From contig JAKMXF010000012.1 of the NCBI GenBank assembly GCA_024704765.1, positions 42,397 through 106,396 on the forward strand: a stretch of 64,000 nt of DNA. Direction: 5' to 3'. Position 1 is the stretch's first letter. Each line of letters opens with the position of its first letter. This document shows positions 1-12,964 of this stretch, in pieces. A model generated the notes under the pieces. The model saw only the letters and a list, made by a program, of their open reading frames with translations. It was not told the DNA's origin and ran no database searches. Position numbers and translations under genes: made by a program. The stretch is from Oopsacas minuta (taxonomy: Eukaryota > Animalia > Porifera).

Positions 1-237
1 TTAGTCGTCTCTTCGCTTATTTGGCCGAATACACTTGGATCAAATTGGCCCAATAATAATTGTAAGCAGGGTTTCATCCAGGTTCTCAGGGTTATACGCC
101 TAAAAATGGGTTCTAATTCATTTCATAAGCTTAGGCTATAAATTTTTGCATTATAATCTAGGAGTTTCTGCCCCTAGAGAGAAATTTCATACCTTGACTG
201 TAAGGTGTGGAAATATGATTAATCGGTTCCTGTCTAG

Positions 238-3200
238 GTAAATACGGAGTACAGAAGGACAGGATGGATAAGTCAGCTGTAGGACATGATTACCAATCTG
301 ACCTCTCAGCTCATGAGTCACAGACAGATCACTCTAAAGGATTTGGAGGTTAGTTCAAATTGGAACTAAGTAAAGATTCTTTTCTAACGAAATTCCTCTG
401 TTTATATGTATAACAAACTATACACACAGGTGTGAAAATATGATTAATCTGTTCTTGTATAGGTAAATACGGAGTACAGAAGGACAGGATGGATAAGTCA
501 GCTGTAGGACATGATTATCAATCAGACCTATCTAAACACGAATCACAGACAGACGCAGCTAAAGGGTTTGGTGGCAAGTGAGTAAATATATGATTAATCA
601 TATTGTAACACCTCTGTGTAGCATGTGGCTATTCCTGTAGTTCCCATAATCTCTAGAAAACTCCCACATATCATGTAGTTATGCATACATTATAGATATG
701 GTGTAGAGAAGGATAGGATGGATAGATCAGCTGTTGGACACGATTACCAATCAGACCTGTCCGCTCATTCATCACAGACAGACCACTCTAAGGGTTTCGG
801 AGGGCGGTACGGGGTAGAGAAGGATAGGATGGACAGATCAGCTGGAAGCTTTTCTGATATGACAGATGTTAAATCTGTTCCCAAACCAGAGGTTGTTGTT
901 GTGCTGACTATGATACTTACAGGACAGTGAGGACACATTTTTATCTGACACAATACGCCACTTTTAAACACGTGTTTACAACTAGCAAAATATTTTCATA
1001 CAATTACAGTCAACTCTTGTTTTATCTAACACAAATATATAGAAATTCCCGCTCATATCGAAGTGTGAAGTTGTACACATTAATTATTATTATTATTATT
1101 ATTATTATTTACGTTTATAGGTTCGAACAAAACCCAAAGGCGCCAAGTCAGGTTTATTCGCTAAATTCGAACAAATGTCAGTAGAGCAAGACAGTACTAC
1201 TCAGCAGGGAGCAAATGAAGCGAAGGAGAGGAGAAGACTCCAAGAAGCAGAAGAGGCCGCTAGACAAAGAGAGATTAATGCTACCTTACCTGTTGATGAT
1301 GATACAGAAGAAATTAGTGTTGATGAACCAAAGATTGTTAGGTAAATACAAACAAACAAATAACAAATAAACAATTAAGCTAGTTTGCTGTAACCTCGTA
1401 AATACAAACAGCAACAGATTATGAACGAATTTCCCGGAGTAATACCTGTCCACTTTTCTCATTACATTTCTTTGATAATAAACAAATAAACAAACAAACA
1501 AACAAATAATGTGTATTTCTAGACCACTTCCATCTAAATTAATTCAAATGGCAACACCTCCCAAAATGGCAGATATGCAATCACAAGAACCTGAGGAACC
1601 AATACGAAGACCTCCTTCTATAGTTCCAATTTCTGTTCCAGGTCAGAGAATGGAACCGGAACCAATTCCAGATAGTGAAGTACTTTATGACACCTCTGAA
1701 GACGCATACGAGGTTAGAATTCAAACTTACTTCCTTAAGTACAGCCATCTTAATTCTGATACCATATGACATCCGTTTACAACCTGAACCATGGAGGACA
1801 GCAAGTTGTCCACTGGACCTCAAATATGGGAGGATACACATAATGTGTTATAATTAGTATAGGGGTACACGTGTGGAAACGGTTAGGAATGGTAATTTAT
1901 AGAAAAGGACAAGTGTGAATATAATAATTTAATAAATAATAAACAAACAAGTAAATAACAACAATAATATAATTAATATATATTTATTACTTTATCACTC
2001 AAACTAGCACAAATAATATCAAAGTTATTATTAACAATTATTCCTGAAGGTTTATTACATGTAATATTGTGTATCAGCTGTCCATCTTCAGTAAATATAT
2101 TAATTGAATTTCCCTTATTATCGCTAATAATAATATTATTACACAAATCAAAACACAGAAAAATGAAATTTATTCCATTTTCTAATTTTATGAAACTTTT
2201 CAATAAATCACCTGATTTAGAGAATATGTGTATATTATTAATCTTATTATTGTCTGCTACAAATATATTATTATTATTTATTTTGACGTCATGCGGTTCT
2301 ATAAGTTTGTCTTTTCCTATTTCTCTAATATATTCTAAATCAGAGCTGAATACTGCAATTCTATTATTACCCAAATCTGCAACTAACACTTCTCCATTTG
2401 TGTCAGTTGTTAGACCAAAAGGGACATTAACACTTCTCTTAACACTCTTAATTAATTTGTAATTTGTTTTAGAGAATTTAAATATAGCACTAAGTGTCGA
2501 ATCACTTATAAACACCCATTCCTTATTTAATGCTATACTGTGTGGATCCTCTAGCTCCCCTTTACCAAATTCATGAATGAACTTACCTTCTGTAGAGAAG
2601 ATCTGTATTCTATTATTGCCTACATCTGCTATATAGATCTTATCTCCATCTAGAGCTAGTCCATTAGGGTAATACAGCTCTCCTTTCTCACTTCCAGGTT
2701 TTCCTATCCTTCTGATTGGCTCAGTCTTGTTTCTGTAGACTTGTTGTACAGCTATATCCTGAATAGACCCCAACTTCTCCAGCTGTTCTAGGAGAGAGTC
2801 TAGACCCTCAGGGTAGAAGGAAGGGATTGGGATAGGTGTTTCTATTTCGTATTTCTTTTGTTCCTTTTTCCAATTCTTTATTTGATCTTCTTGGAACTTT
2901 ACTACTTCATTCTGTTGAATGCTAGTTTCCATTAATTGTCTGATCATCTTCTCCAGTTCTGCGAATTGTTTCTTTCTCGTATTCTCCTTTCTTAGATAGT
3001 CCTGCTTCATATCGAACAGCTGGACAAGCAGCTGATCTCTCCTCTCTGTCGCAATCCGAATTATCTTCTCGAAGGTGGAATGGATCAGCTGTTCCGTTAG
3101 TTCGAAATGGTTGGTAGAAATTTCTTCTGAGTATTTGGTGGCCATTTGTTTGTTGTTCTGTTTATGATTATTCTCATTTATACAGACTGTATTTATACAA

Positions 3201-4788
3201 ATTCATACATTAATTATTCAGGTGTTAAGTGATGAAATAGAAACTTACAACTAATCACATTTCCTTAAACTCTACCACGAGACTATTGTCTCACAGAATT
3301 ACGGATGTGTTAGGTCAGATAGCTTTCAATATGTAAATTAGTTCCAGTTATAACTAGCCACATTCCTTGTATAGAATTAGTTGCTATGCTGTATTAGCTA
3401 TTAGTTCCAATTTGTGTAGAATTTAATAATCTAAGAAGTTTGCATTTTAAGTAATATTTCGTTGTTTATTATTATTTATTCGTGTTTGTTACTAGTAAAC
3501 AATCCCTTGATTACTCACATATACAATTTCCGGTGGCTATACTTCCTGTGACGTAATATCTGTTTGCTATTACATGTGTTGTCAGTATTGTTATCGTTTC
3601 TTAAACTGTACTTTAATATTCTATAATACTTATTGTTTCAATTCATTCTATAATCTTAAAGAATGGAAATTTCTGTTCGTATTAGCGACGGTGTATGTAT
3701 GTTCACCAATTTACTCTTTTAGACTCCAATAGAAACTGTCCAAGCCCCAGCCCCAGTATCACAACCCCGACTGCCGTACAACCCCCCTCTCCCTCCTATA
3801 CCGACACAACAACCAATTGATGACCCAGAGGCTCTGTACGAAGAACCACCAGTAACCCAAGAGTAAGATTAGTTATTTACACACAGTGTAACCTCTATAT
3901 ACGGAGTCCCAGAGACGCCGAAAATGTTACACCGTATGTGGAGGTTACACTATACACATAACTCCTGTATTATTTCTTAATGTAAGGTGTTAAGTATTAG
4001 TGCTGCTACTTTCAGTTCGTATTGCGAATTCTTTCACGATTTCCTTAGTTACCATATGTTATTAAAATATTTACAGTTATATATAAATACCCGCTTATAT
4101 TCAAGTGTGAAAATTGTACTAAAATAAGTAACAAATATTCCATCGGTATATTAACTAATTATTACGGTCCCTTGAGATTTGGTATAACAGGAGTTTACTG
4201 TTTTCGTTGCAACTTTGTTTATGTTTACTTTCTATGTGTCAGATATCCAAATGAACAAACATATTTTGAGCCAACAGCTGACAACGAAGAGGCTACATAT
4301 GAATCCGTTCCTGAGCCACAACAAACGATACAACAACCTGATGACATAGCTAGTGGTAGTACTACTGCAAGAGCAGTTTTTGATTATCAGGTTTGATTAC
4401 TAATATTTATGGATTATTAATAAACAAATAACATAAACAACAAATAAACAACAGATAAACAACAGATAAACAGGCGAATAAACAAATACACAAGCAAACA
4501 GACAAACAAACAATTACTAACACAAATACCATAAACAACAGACGAACAGGCAAACACACAAATACACAAACAAATAAACAAACAGACAAACAAGTACATA
4601 AATAAACAAACAAACAAACAATTACCAACACAAATCCAATCTCTATCTAGGCTACAGATGAAGATGAACTAACTTTTGACGTGAATGACGTCATAAATAA
4701 CATTGAGCAAATAGATGAAGGTTGGTGGGTAGGTGAGTTCAATGGGGTGAGAGGACTGTTCCCCGCTAATTATGTAGAATTAATTTAA
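238..4788 (+). CDS. CTTN: Cortactin (Src substrate), 3' portion; 5' exons lie upstream of the window. Exons about 238-348, 463-577, 696-891, 1121-1341, 1523-1712, 3723-3862, 4243-4390, 4651-4788
   Basis: 37-aa HS1/cortactin repeats ([20 protein letters not shown]...TDHSKGFG), then a helical region (LFAKFEQM), a Pro/Tyr-rich region and a C-terminal SH3 (ARAVFDYQ|[45 protein letters not shown]). GT-AG sites and exon phases are consistent throughout. Confidence 0.93.
1973..3145 (-). CDS. Coiled-coil + six-bladed NHL-repeat protein (TRIM-NHL-like, no RING/B-box), copy 1, nested antisense in cortactin intron 1713-3722
   Basis: Intact 390-aa intronless ORF. N-terminal helical region, then repeated NHL motifs (P-x-G-I/L-A...IYIAD..NNRIQIF). 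Confidence 0.88.
   Translation of the reverse strand: MATKYSEEISTNHFELTEQLIHSTFEKIIRIATERRDQLLVQLFDMKQDYLRKENTRKKQFAELEKMIRQLMETSIQQNEVVKFQEDQIKNWKKEQKKYEIETPIPIPSFYPEGLDSLLEQLEKLGSIQDIAVQQVYRNKTEPIRRIGKPGSEKGELYYPNGLALDGDKIYIADVGNNRIQIFSTEGKFIHEFGKGELEDPHSIALNKEWVFISDSTLSAIFKFSKTNYKLIKSVKRSVNVPFGLTTDTNGEVLVADLGNNRIAVFSSDLEYIREIGKDKLIEPHDVKINNNNIFVADNNKINNIHIFSKSGDLLKSFIKLENGINFIFLCFDLCNNIIISDNKGNSINIFTEDGQLIHNITCNKPSGIIVNNNFDIICASLSDKVINIY
3884..3952. mobile_element. Short MITE family G (CAGTGTAACCTC...GAGGTTACACT, core GGACGCCGAAAAATGCTACCCC). Related copies near 15875-15945, 38506-38655, 40008-40075, 48768-48830, 54920-55037
   Basis: Terminal inverted repeats and a shared internal core in several dispersed copies. 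Confidence 0.6.
4410..4630. repeat. Degenerate (AAAC/AAAT)n intronic simple repeat. Similar tracts at 1345-1510, 12250-12375, 17950-17995, 51750-51900
   Basis: Directly visible. These tracts produce the spurious MFVCLFV-type ORFs in the track. Confidence 0.9.
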
Positions 4789-5060
4789 CATCTGTGTTTA
4801 CTGGATAGATATTATTGTTGTTTGTTGTTTGAGCTTTGCTTTTATACTGAATAGATTGTGGATTTGTTTATTTTGTTGTTTACTAGATGTAGATCTTATT
4901 TTGTTATTATTTATCTTATTTGTTTGTTTGTTTATATGATTATTCACTAGCCAATTGAACTGGGACTATAAATGTGAATATTTCGCATATATTGAATCAT
5001 ATTTTCACACCTTTAATTCTGCTGGACTTGTTGTTATTTACGAATAGCTTTTCTAAACTA

Positions 5061-8000
5061 ATGAACTTCGCAAGAGCCTCGCATTCCTTTAAAGCAGAAC
5101 AAGACTATGAACTCACTCTATCACAAAATGACGTCATCGCTGCCGTTGAAATTGTAGATGAAAGTTGGTGTAAAGGTATCCTAGTTACCAACGGGGCCAT
5201 TGGGTATGTACCTGTCGCATTCGTTGAATTCTTTCAACCTGAATCCGTTGTTGCAACTGATGAATTGGACACGGGACAGCTGGATGATTTGAATTTCTCC
5301 ATCGGCGATATTATCTACAGATTGTCTCGTGTGGATGAGAATTGGTCGATTGGGTTTACGAATGGTAGAACTGGTCTCTATCCTAATTTATATGTAGCAC
5401 CCAGAACGAATAAAGGTTAGCGAATATTTGTATGAAATTCTATATACAGAGCTGAGCTCTTGTAGAGCTTTTATAGCGCATTCTATCGGTGTTAATCATT
5501 GTTATTAAGATCAGTTGCTTATAACTTGCTGCCTTCGGTTCGCTTCCCACGCCAGCATTTCCCTTTTCGACTGTAGATTACCTAATATGGAATAACTCAA
5601 CTTGATTCTTCAAATTTTCGTGATTTTAATGTACGTAACACTAAACTGTGCTCTAGTAGAGCTGAGCTATGAATATATTATCTCTATCTGTATATTGTCC
5701 TGCTTTTTCTGAGTGCCAAATCCTGTATAATTTCGATAGGTGATATCAGCCGCCAAGAATCCCGCTATCCCGCTATTACTTATTATTACCTCAGAAAGGT
5801 GTTAAGTATATAACAAATTCTCTATTTTAGGTCTGGATAGCCCAAAAGATAAACTCTCCCCATACGCTAATTCACAGATGTTCGCACCGGGACCTACCGA
5901 CCCGGTGTATGCCAACTTCCCAGTCACTAATGAACACACGAAAGACTCTAACCTATCCCAATTCGACCACTTAGAGCCACTATCACCTGAATTCGACCAT
6001 CTAGACGACACCGGAGATATGTTGAGACAATTGGAGAAGGAATTAGAATTGAATGAAGCGAGATTAAAGAGTTTTGATATTAAACCAAGCGAGGAGATCA
6101 CGACAAGTCAGGTGATTTCTGAATCACAAATTCGTAAACAAGATATAAAGTTGAATTTGGAATTGGATTCTGTCATTGGAAATTTGGAGGAGAATTTGGG
6201 AGATTTTGACAATAGACTGGTTACACCTGTATATGCCAACGGTCCACAGACTCACATATATAATCTGGACAAGCCGAAGCCCCTTGAGTACAATAATATC
6301 GAGACGACTGTCCCTAGCAACGAAAAATCTGAGAAGAATGCGATTAAAACTGAACTTAAATTAGAGAAGGCATTAGGAAAATTGGAGAAGAAATATCAAC
6401 CATCTAGTAAACTTGATGTTTACGAGGGAAACAAAAGTAAACAAGGACAAACAAACAAACCACAACCAGCTGTTAAACGAAAACTTCCCAAAACACCTGA
6501 AAAGGCTTTTTCACAGCCAAATTTAATTATGTCAAAAATTGCAATACAAAATTCTAGAAAACTTCCGAACGCAAAGCCGCACATCCCTTCCCCCTTCACT
6601 AAGCCCATTAAAGTGTTACCTACTTTGGACCAACATGACCCCATGGGGTCATCTGGTGGTCCTATCCCAAAGAGAATAGCTCCACCTCCTCCAGCCAATC
6701 AGAATCCTCTCTCTGTTGATGTTACTCAATCACTGTGTGATATGAGACAGAGAACCAATCAAAATGCTGAGTGTAAGTTATACATATGTATATTGTAAAC
6801 AAACAAACAAACAAACAATATTATCATATAGATCCCCCGAGTGAGTACAGCTTCAAAACAGACTCCTTTTGCACCCTAACCCCCTCCTTAATAGAGGAAC
6901 AAATAAGACTCTCTCCTCCTCTAACACCTCCCAATCACTACCCTCAACCCTTCAGAAGGGTCAAGAGTAGCAACGAAGATATTAACCTATTTCCTAACAT
7001 TCCACGACAGTCTCCTGTTGCTAAGAAGAGTGATTTTAGTCCAAATATCAAAGTTAGTTAAGAATGTTTATTTCTTTGTTTGTTTATTTGTTTAGTTATT
7101 TACTTGTTTAGAAAGTTAATACACATAAGAAGGTAACAATAAGGAGCAGAAGTCTTGGTTCATGTTCCTCAGATGACTCCAGGAAATCTCCTATTGACTT
7201 GGAGTCTATAGAAGATCCATTCACAGGGGTAATTATAAATGAGAATATCTTATACGCTTACACAGCAACCAGTATATCCTTTAGGAATGTTATTTTATTG
7301 TACACAGTGTAACTTTCATAAACATGCTACCCCTGTCCCCCGTACCGTTTGTGGAGGTTCACAATATTTCATACAACTTTCTAGGGAGAGCAGCGTTCCT
7401 CAAGAAGACGGACTGTCAACGGTCTAACCTCCTTCTCATCTCCTGTTAGCTCCACCAAACAGAGACACTTCCCTCAATCAGAGATAGACCTTAACGAATA
7501 CCCCGGTGTTATTGAGCTACAGCAACAGATTAATGAAATAGAACGGAAACTAGAAGTATGTTTTGACACCTATTAATTATATATATGTACACATCGACCC
7601 GAAAAGTAGTCCTCATTCGATGATCTCCTCCCTCACTGAGGGGTGTAGCCAAATACCAATGAGGTAACCATGGAAACTGGGACATAACACGTCACTGAAT
7701 CACGTTAGGGAGTCGGTGAATATATATTATGTCCCCGTTCAAAGGTGTTAAAATATGAATAATCACCCCTTAATATATTTGTTTACTTGTTTTGTAGGTT
7801 GAAGAAAAGATGCATTCTTGTTTACAAACAATGCTACAGGTAAACAACTAAACAGCAAACATATATACACTTTGTTTACATGTTTATTTCTTTGTTTCTT
7901 TGTTATTAGGTTGTAACAGGTTGTGACGCGGCTAAAGAAGAACAATTAGAAGTTCGACAAGTAGCCTGTGAACATGAAATACAAGAATTACAGAATAAAC

Positions 8001-11000
8001 TTCAAATATTGAAAGGTGTGATATACTTACATTTCTTATATTACTAAATCTGTAGGATAATTTGAATTACATGGAAAATGTATTAAAATATGATTAACCC
8101 TTCGAAAACTTGTGGAAATATTAATAATTATGAACTTAGGTGAGAAAGATACAATATTCACAGACCAAGTTAATGAATCACCAAACTTCTCCTCTCCCTA
8201 TAGCACCCCTAAGCGATCCAAGAATGGATCTCCTGACAGAGTAATGCAGTCTATCGCTGCTATAGATACACAATTGGAGGTATGGAATGTTGTGTTAATA
8301 TTTTAATTGAAAGAATTCGTTCCCATCATGAGTCTTGGTATAAGGTGTCCACGGGTGAAAGAGGTTGGGGACTACTATATGAAAATTGTTACATATTTGT
8401 TTGCTGTTTCGTTGTTAGGCAGAAGAACGTGTTTTGATTGGTTTGGAGAGTCAGTTAGAAATTCCTCTCGATCCTGTTGTTAGGCAAGAGGTGTTATGCA
8501 AGATACAACAAACACAGAGCAAAATACAAATATTACAGATAGAATTACAGAATAGAAAAGGTAAACAAACTAATAAACAAGTATCAAGTAAACAAGCCAA
8601 CAAACAAACAAACATGCCAAAAGGCAGTTAATAAACAAACAAACAAATATATTTTTCCTGTAATACCATCTAAAGACATTCCTTCAGCTACCATAGCAAC
8701 GTCACAAGACCCCCGATTAACACGTCTAGAACACAGACAGTACGTCCTTGACGAGATAGTCCAAACAGAGAGAGACTTCTCTAAACACATGTACCTTACA
8801 TGTACATATGTGCTACAAGCTTGTAGGGACGCTAACATATCACAAATGGAGATGAATATATTATTTGGGAATATGGAGGCTATCTCCAAGGTCTCAGAGG
8901 TACTGTTAGTTGGACTACAGGACACTTTAAGGAATGTTATCGAGAAACAAACAATAGGTAAATATGTGTACTTTTGTTGTTGTTGTTCTGGTTTACTGTT
9001 TATTAAATATAGGTTTGTGTTTTCTAATGAATGCCAGAGATTTGAAAGACACCTATGCCAATTACTGCAGAAACCTAGACGAGGCTCTCACCCTATTGGA
9101 CAAGGTTGGTTCCTTTCACACCGTTTATATCTCCAACTTTGAATACTTTAAATACCATTATTTACAATCCGTTACTATGCTAGTTTGATGAAGAACATCC
9201 TATACACGGGGTGTTAGAATATGGCCTCTCTCAAATACGGTCTCATGTCCAATGCTGGGACCTACCCTCTATCCTAATTAAACCAATGCAGCGGATCCTG
9301 AAATATCCTCTCCTTTTGGGGGACCTTGTGAAGTATACGGAAGATGACCATCCGGACAAGAAACACCTAATTAGCGCGTCTAAACTAATGGGAGAAGTAG
9401 CTAATCAGATTAACGAGGTTAAGAGGAGAAAGGATTTAGGTGATTAATCATATTTTCACACCTTTTGACGTATATATTTCAAAATGATACTACCCTGTCT
9501 TATTATTATTCTTATTATTTGTTTGTTCTATTTTTAGTACTAAAGTATCACGTCAATGAACAGGGCCTCAAAAGCAAGCTTGAAAATATGAACTGGCATT
9601 CTGTTATTAAGAAAACTAGAAGAGTTAATCAAATAATATTAAAATCAGCTGGCATTAACACCTCAGTAAGTTTGTTGTTTTCCTGTTGTTCTTGTTGATT
9701 TGTTGTTGTTTTACTTCAGACAGTAGATGAAGTATTCCAAGCAGAAGAGAGGAGATTCAAAGAACTGGAAAAAACTCTGAAATCAGTTGTTAAAAGTATT
9801 ACAACTCTTGTAACATATATGCAGGTAATATTATACTAAATATCTATAATTCACACCTATTTTGAAGTCATTGAAAATGGGCGCCGAAAAACCCCTAGGT
9901 CAGCTGTTCCCAACATTTTTCACCCTGTGGGCCCCCTATACCAATAGTAACACATTCTGTGGACTCCGGGTTGGGAACAGCTGCCCTAGGGTCTGTAACA
10001 AGTGTTAAAGGGATCACTTGTCCGTAAACAGAACAATACAAAATTGGCCTGATCTTCATGTGACCCAATTCTACCAACATTCCTTATAGGAAGGCCTTGA
10101 CAACAGACTAATAGTATGTGAAGGATTAACTGAGTTATGTAATGGTAAAGATCTACAGTGTGTTACAGCTTATAATAAAGTATACAGACAAACTATATCT
10201 GAACAGATATTCCCGCAATTAGTAAGTGAGATTAATGTTCACTTCTCAGCTCAAGGAACCGCGATAATCGGTATAACCCATGGAATATTCAATCGACTCA
10301 CGTTATATCGAATACCCGCTCATATCGAAGTGTGAATTGTACAAATATGGTCCCAAATCGTTAAAATGACATATATTCCATTGGTTATATCGGAGTACTT
10401 ATCATGGTCCCTTCAGCTGAGATATAATAGGAGTTTAGTGTATATTACAAACAGAAATGTATATTTTCCATTTATAGTCAGACTCCTTGAACTTAAGAGT
10501 CCTCCAACCTATTCAGAACCTCCTTGGACTGTTCCAAGGTCCCTTACACTTAATTCAGAAGCGAAATGACAAACTTCTGGACTATGACGCTTGTCTTAAT
10601 AAAGCTGAGAAGACGCGAGATGTTATGAAGCTTAAAGCTGTATGTTTGATCCTTTTATATGAATTGTAAGATTAGCTATCCAATCAGTTACCTTCTTAGA
10701 AGGAATATTTAAGCCTACTAAGGCTGTTATTTTATTGGCCAATTGGAATTCTCCTTGGGTGAGTGTTCCGAACAAATCCAGAGACACTCTGACAGGGGAC
10801 CATTCGTGCCAACCACGCGGGCGCCAACTACAGGTTCGGTCTGGCTACTCGAGGGCAGGATTTAAAACCCGTGGCAAATCCCCCGTCTGCCCGCTGGAAC
10901 CACCACTAACCAACTGTCTTCAAATATCATTTAATCATATACCCCTTCACATAGATGAAAGATGAGCTACAATTAGCTAAATTGAATTACGACGCCCTTA

Positions 11001-12543
11001 ATCAACAGCTGTTAGATGATATCCCTAAATTCTGTTCAATGGCAGAAGACTATTTACAGAAGTGTCTGTCAGCTCTGATTCACTCAATATCTGGATTCTA
11101 CACTAGGATGGAGTTAGCCTTCAAAAAAATAGCAAAACCTCTCGTAAGTGTCTTTCAAGTATTTTACTTTCCATTTGTTCCCCTATACCGATGTGTGTCT
11201 CTGTATTGGTGACTAATCATATGATACTATTTCTAGCCAAGTGATTTATCAGAAATAGAGAAAGTACATTTAGAGAAGCTACATAGGGCGTGTTGTGCTA
11301 TGTGTAATCTACACTTCATTCCTGCTTCCTTCTCCGTTGTTAGGATAAACAGATTACCCGCCAAACCTGATGTTATTGGACCAATCAGACCGGTGAGTTA
11401 TTTGTTTATTTCTGCTTGTAAACAACGAGAAATTATATTGTATTTGCTTGCAAGGTGTGAAAATATGAATATACAATGTAACAAACGGGTTATGCTCCCT
11501 CCTCCCCCAGTGGAACAAAATTGGTACAAAATTGGTTCCATAACATATATTATTTATATTATAGCTACGACCAATCGCTGGAGTTGGCCTCAATTCACAA
11601 CCCCAAAGGAACATGAACCTCTTCTCAAATTCTAATCTTAGTAGTCCCCAATCAAAAGACTATATAGTCAAGCACCAGTATATATCTACTAATGCTATTG
11701 AGCTTACAGTTAATCCAGGTAAATACTCAGCCTCATAAGGTGTTAGAATGTGAATATAAAATGTAACTGTGCATTCAGTTAACCAATAGAATAGCAGGCT
11801 GCATATGTTGGGTAAACCCTCCAATCTGATAGGTGGAGATATTCACACCTTTTCTCAGAGATGAGTCATAATTTTATTAGATATTATAATATATGTGATG
11901 AATTACACCATTTCACACCTTTTTGCCAAATTTCAAGTTTATAACTCTTACGAATTCCTAAATATATATATTTATTAATTCACACCTAGGCGATATAATA
12001 AAAGTGATAGAGCCCCATGATACAGTGGGAAATACCGAATGGTGGTTCGTGTTGTTAGGCAACCAGACAGGGTATGTACCAGCTAGCTACCTTGCGGAAT
12101 GTACTGAGGATGAGTTAGCTAGGATGGAAGAATTAGAAACTGAACCTAGATACGCTAAAGCTGCGGAGGAATTCTATTTTTCAGAATACCCATTCGAAGC
12201 TAGAGAGAATATTGAAGTTAGTTCTTGTTATTTGTATAGAGGTGTTAGACCAACAAACAAATAAAAAAACAGACAGACAAACAAGTGAATCAACAAACAA
12301 ATAACCAACCAAACAAACGAACAAATAACCAAACAAGCAGACAAATAGACAAACAAACAAACAAACAAATAACGATATTTACATACACATCTCGTCTAGG
12401 TGTCACTAACAGAAGGTCAAGTTGTATCAGTAATTAGGAGAAATGACATGGAAGGAAATACAGAATGGTGGCTAATAGAAGCAAATGATAAAATTGGATA
12501 TGTTCCTTGTTCATATTTAGTTCCAATTGAAGCGAACTGTTAG
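5061..12543 (+). CDS. DNMBP: Dynamin-binding protein/Tuba-like RhoGEF (2xSH3 - linker - DH - BAR - 2xSH3), about 20 exons, e.g. 5061-5415, 5831-6772, 6832-7052, 7112-7228, 7385-7555, ... last about 12400-12543
   Basis: Two N-terminal SH3 domains. DH motifs RQYVLDEIVQTERDF and LPSILIKPMQRILKYPLLL. BAR-like segments (IQKRNDKLLDYD, YDALNQQLLDDIPKF). Two C-terminal SH3 domains (GNTEWWFV...GYVPASYL; GNTEWWLI...GYVPCSYL). Early exon phases were checked by hand; some middle boundaries are approximate. Confidence 0.85.
7605..7727 (+). repeat. Dispersed about 120-bp repeat family D; inverted copy at about 57838-57960
   Basis: CCTCATTCGAT..CCCTCACTGAGGGGTGTAGC..GGTAACCATGGAAACTGGGACATAACACG..GTTAGGGAG matches the reverse complement at 57.9 kb. 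Confidence 0.8.
9901..9983. mobile_element. 83-bp hAT (Charlie-type) MITE in a DNMBP intron
   Basis: Perfect 14-bp TIRs CAGCTGTTCCCAAC / GTTGGGAACAGCTG, with 8-bp flanks CCCTAGGT / CCCTAGGG (7/8 TSD, central TA). Confidence 0.88.
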
Positions 12544-12842
12544 TTCTAGTTCCAATATATATGAGGTGTAATTCTTGCATTTACTTTTGAGATCTTTTAA
12601 CTGTCCAGTACATATCTTATTCTTTTATCAGCTTTTAATTAAACTAATATTTTTATATAAATATTTTGACACCTTTCTATGTCACAGGGGACAGGCAGGT
12701 CCTCTGAGAGGAGGACAACGTGGGTCCTTTGGCCTGGACCTCAAAATCAATCAATCAATATATTTGGGGGAGATTTACTCATTTTAGGAAGATAATAAAT
12801 CTCCAGGGCCTCTCCATCCAGTCAGAGGCCCTGCATCCAGGA

Positions 12843-12898
12843 GCATGGATTTGACACCTCCAAAAGACCCCCGGGCGCAAGAGGTCAAATCCTATGCT
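12843..12898. repeat. Small hairpin/MITE-like inverted repeat between the convergent DNMBP and ARP8 3' ends
   Basis: GCATGGATTTGACACCTC ... GAGGTCAAATCCTATGC are imperfect inverted arms. Confidence 0.5.
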
Positions 12899-12964
12899 TG
12901 GTTATTTATATGAATAAGAGAATATGCTATTTTAATCATCAACAACAACAACAACAACACATTT

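Noticed and set aside
1286-4631. MFVCLFV/MLVIVCL-type hydrophobic ORFs (1286-1501, 4407-4631, 4417-4617)
   Set aside because: Antisense readings of AAAC-rich intronic simple repeats.
5740-5798. Possible extra DNMBP exon between AG and GT
   Set aside because: 59 nt and phase-incompatible with the flanking exons, which already join in frame.
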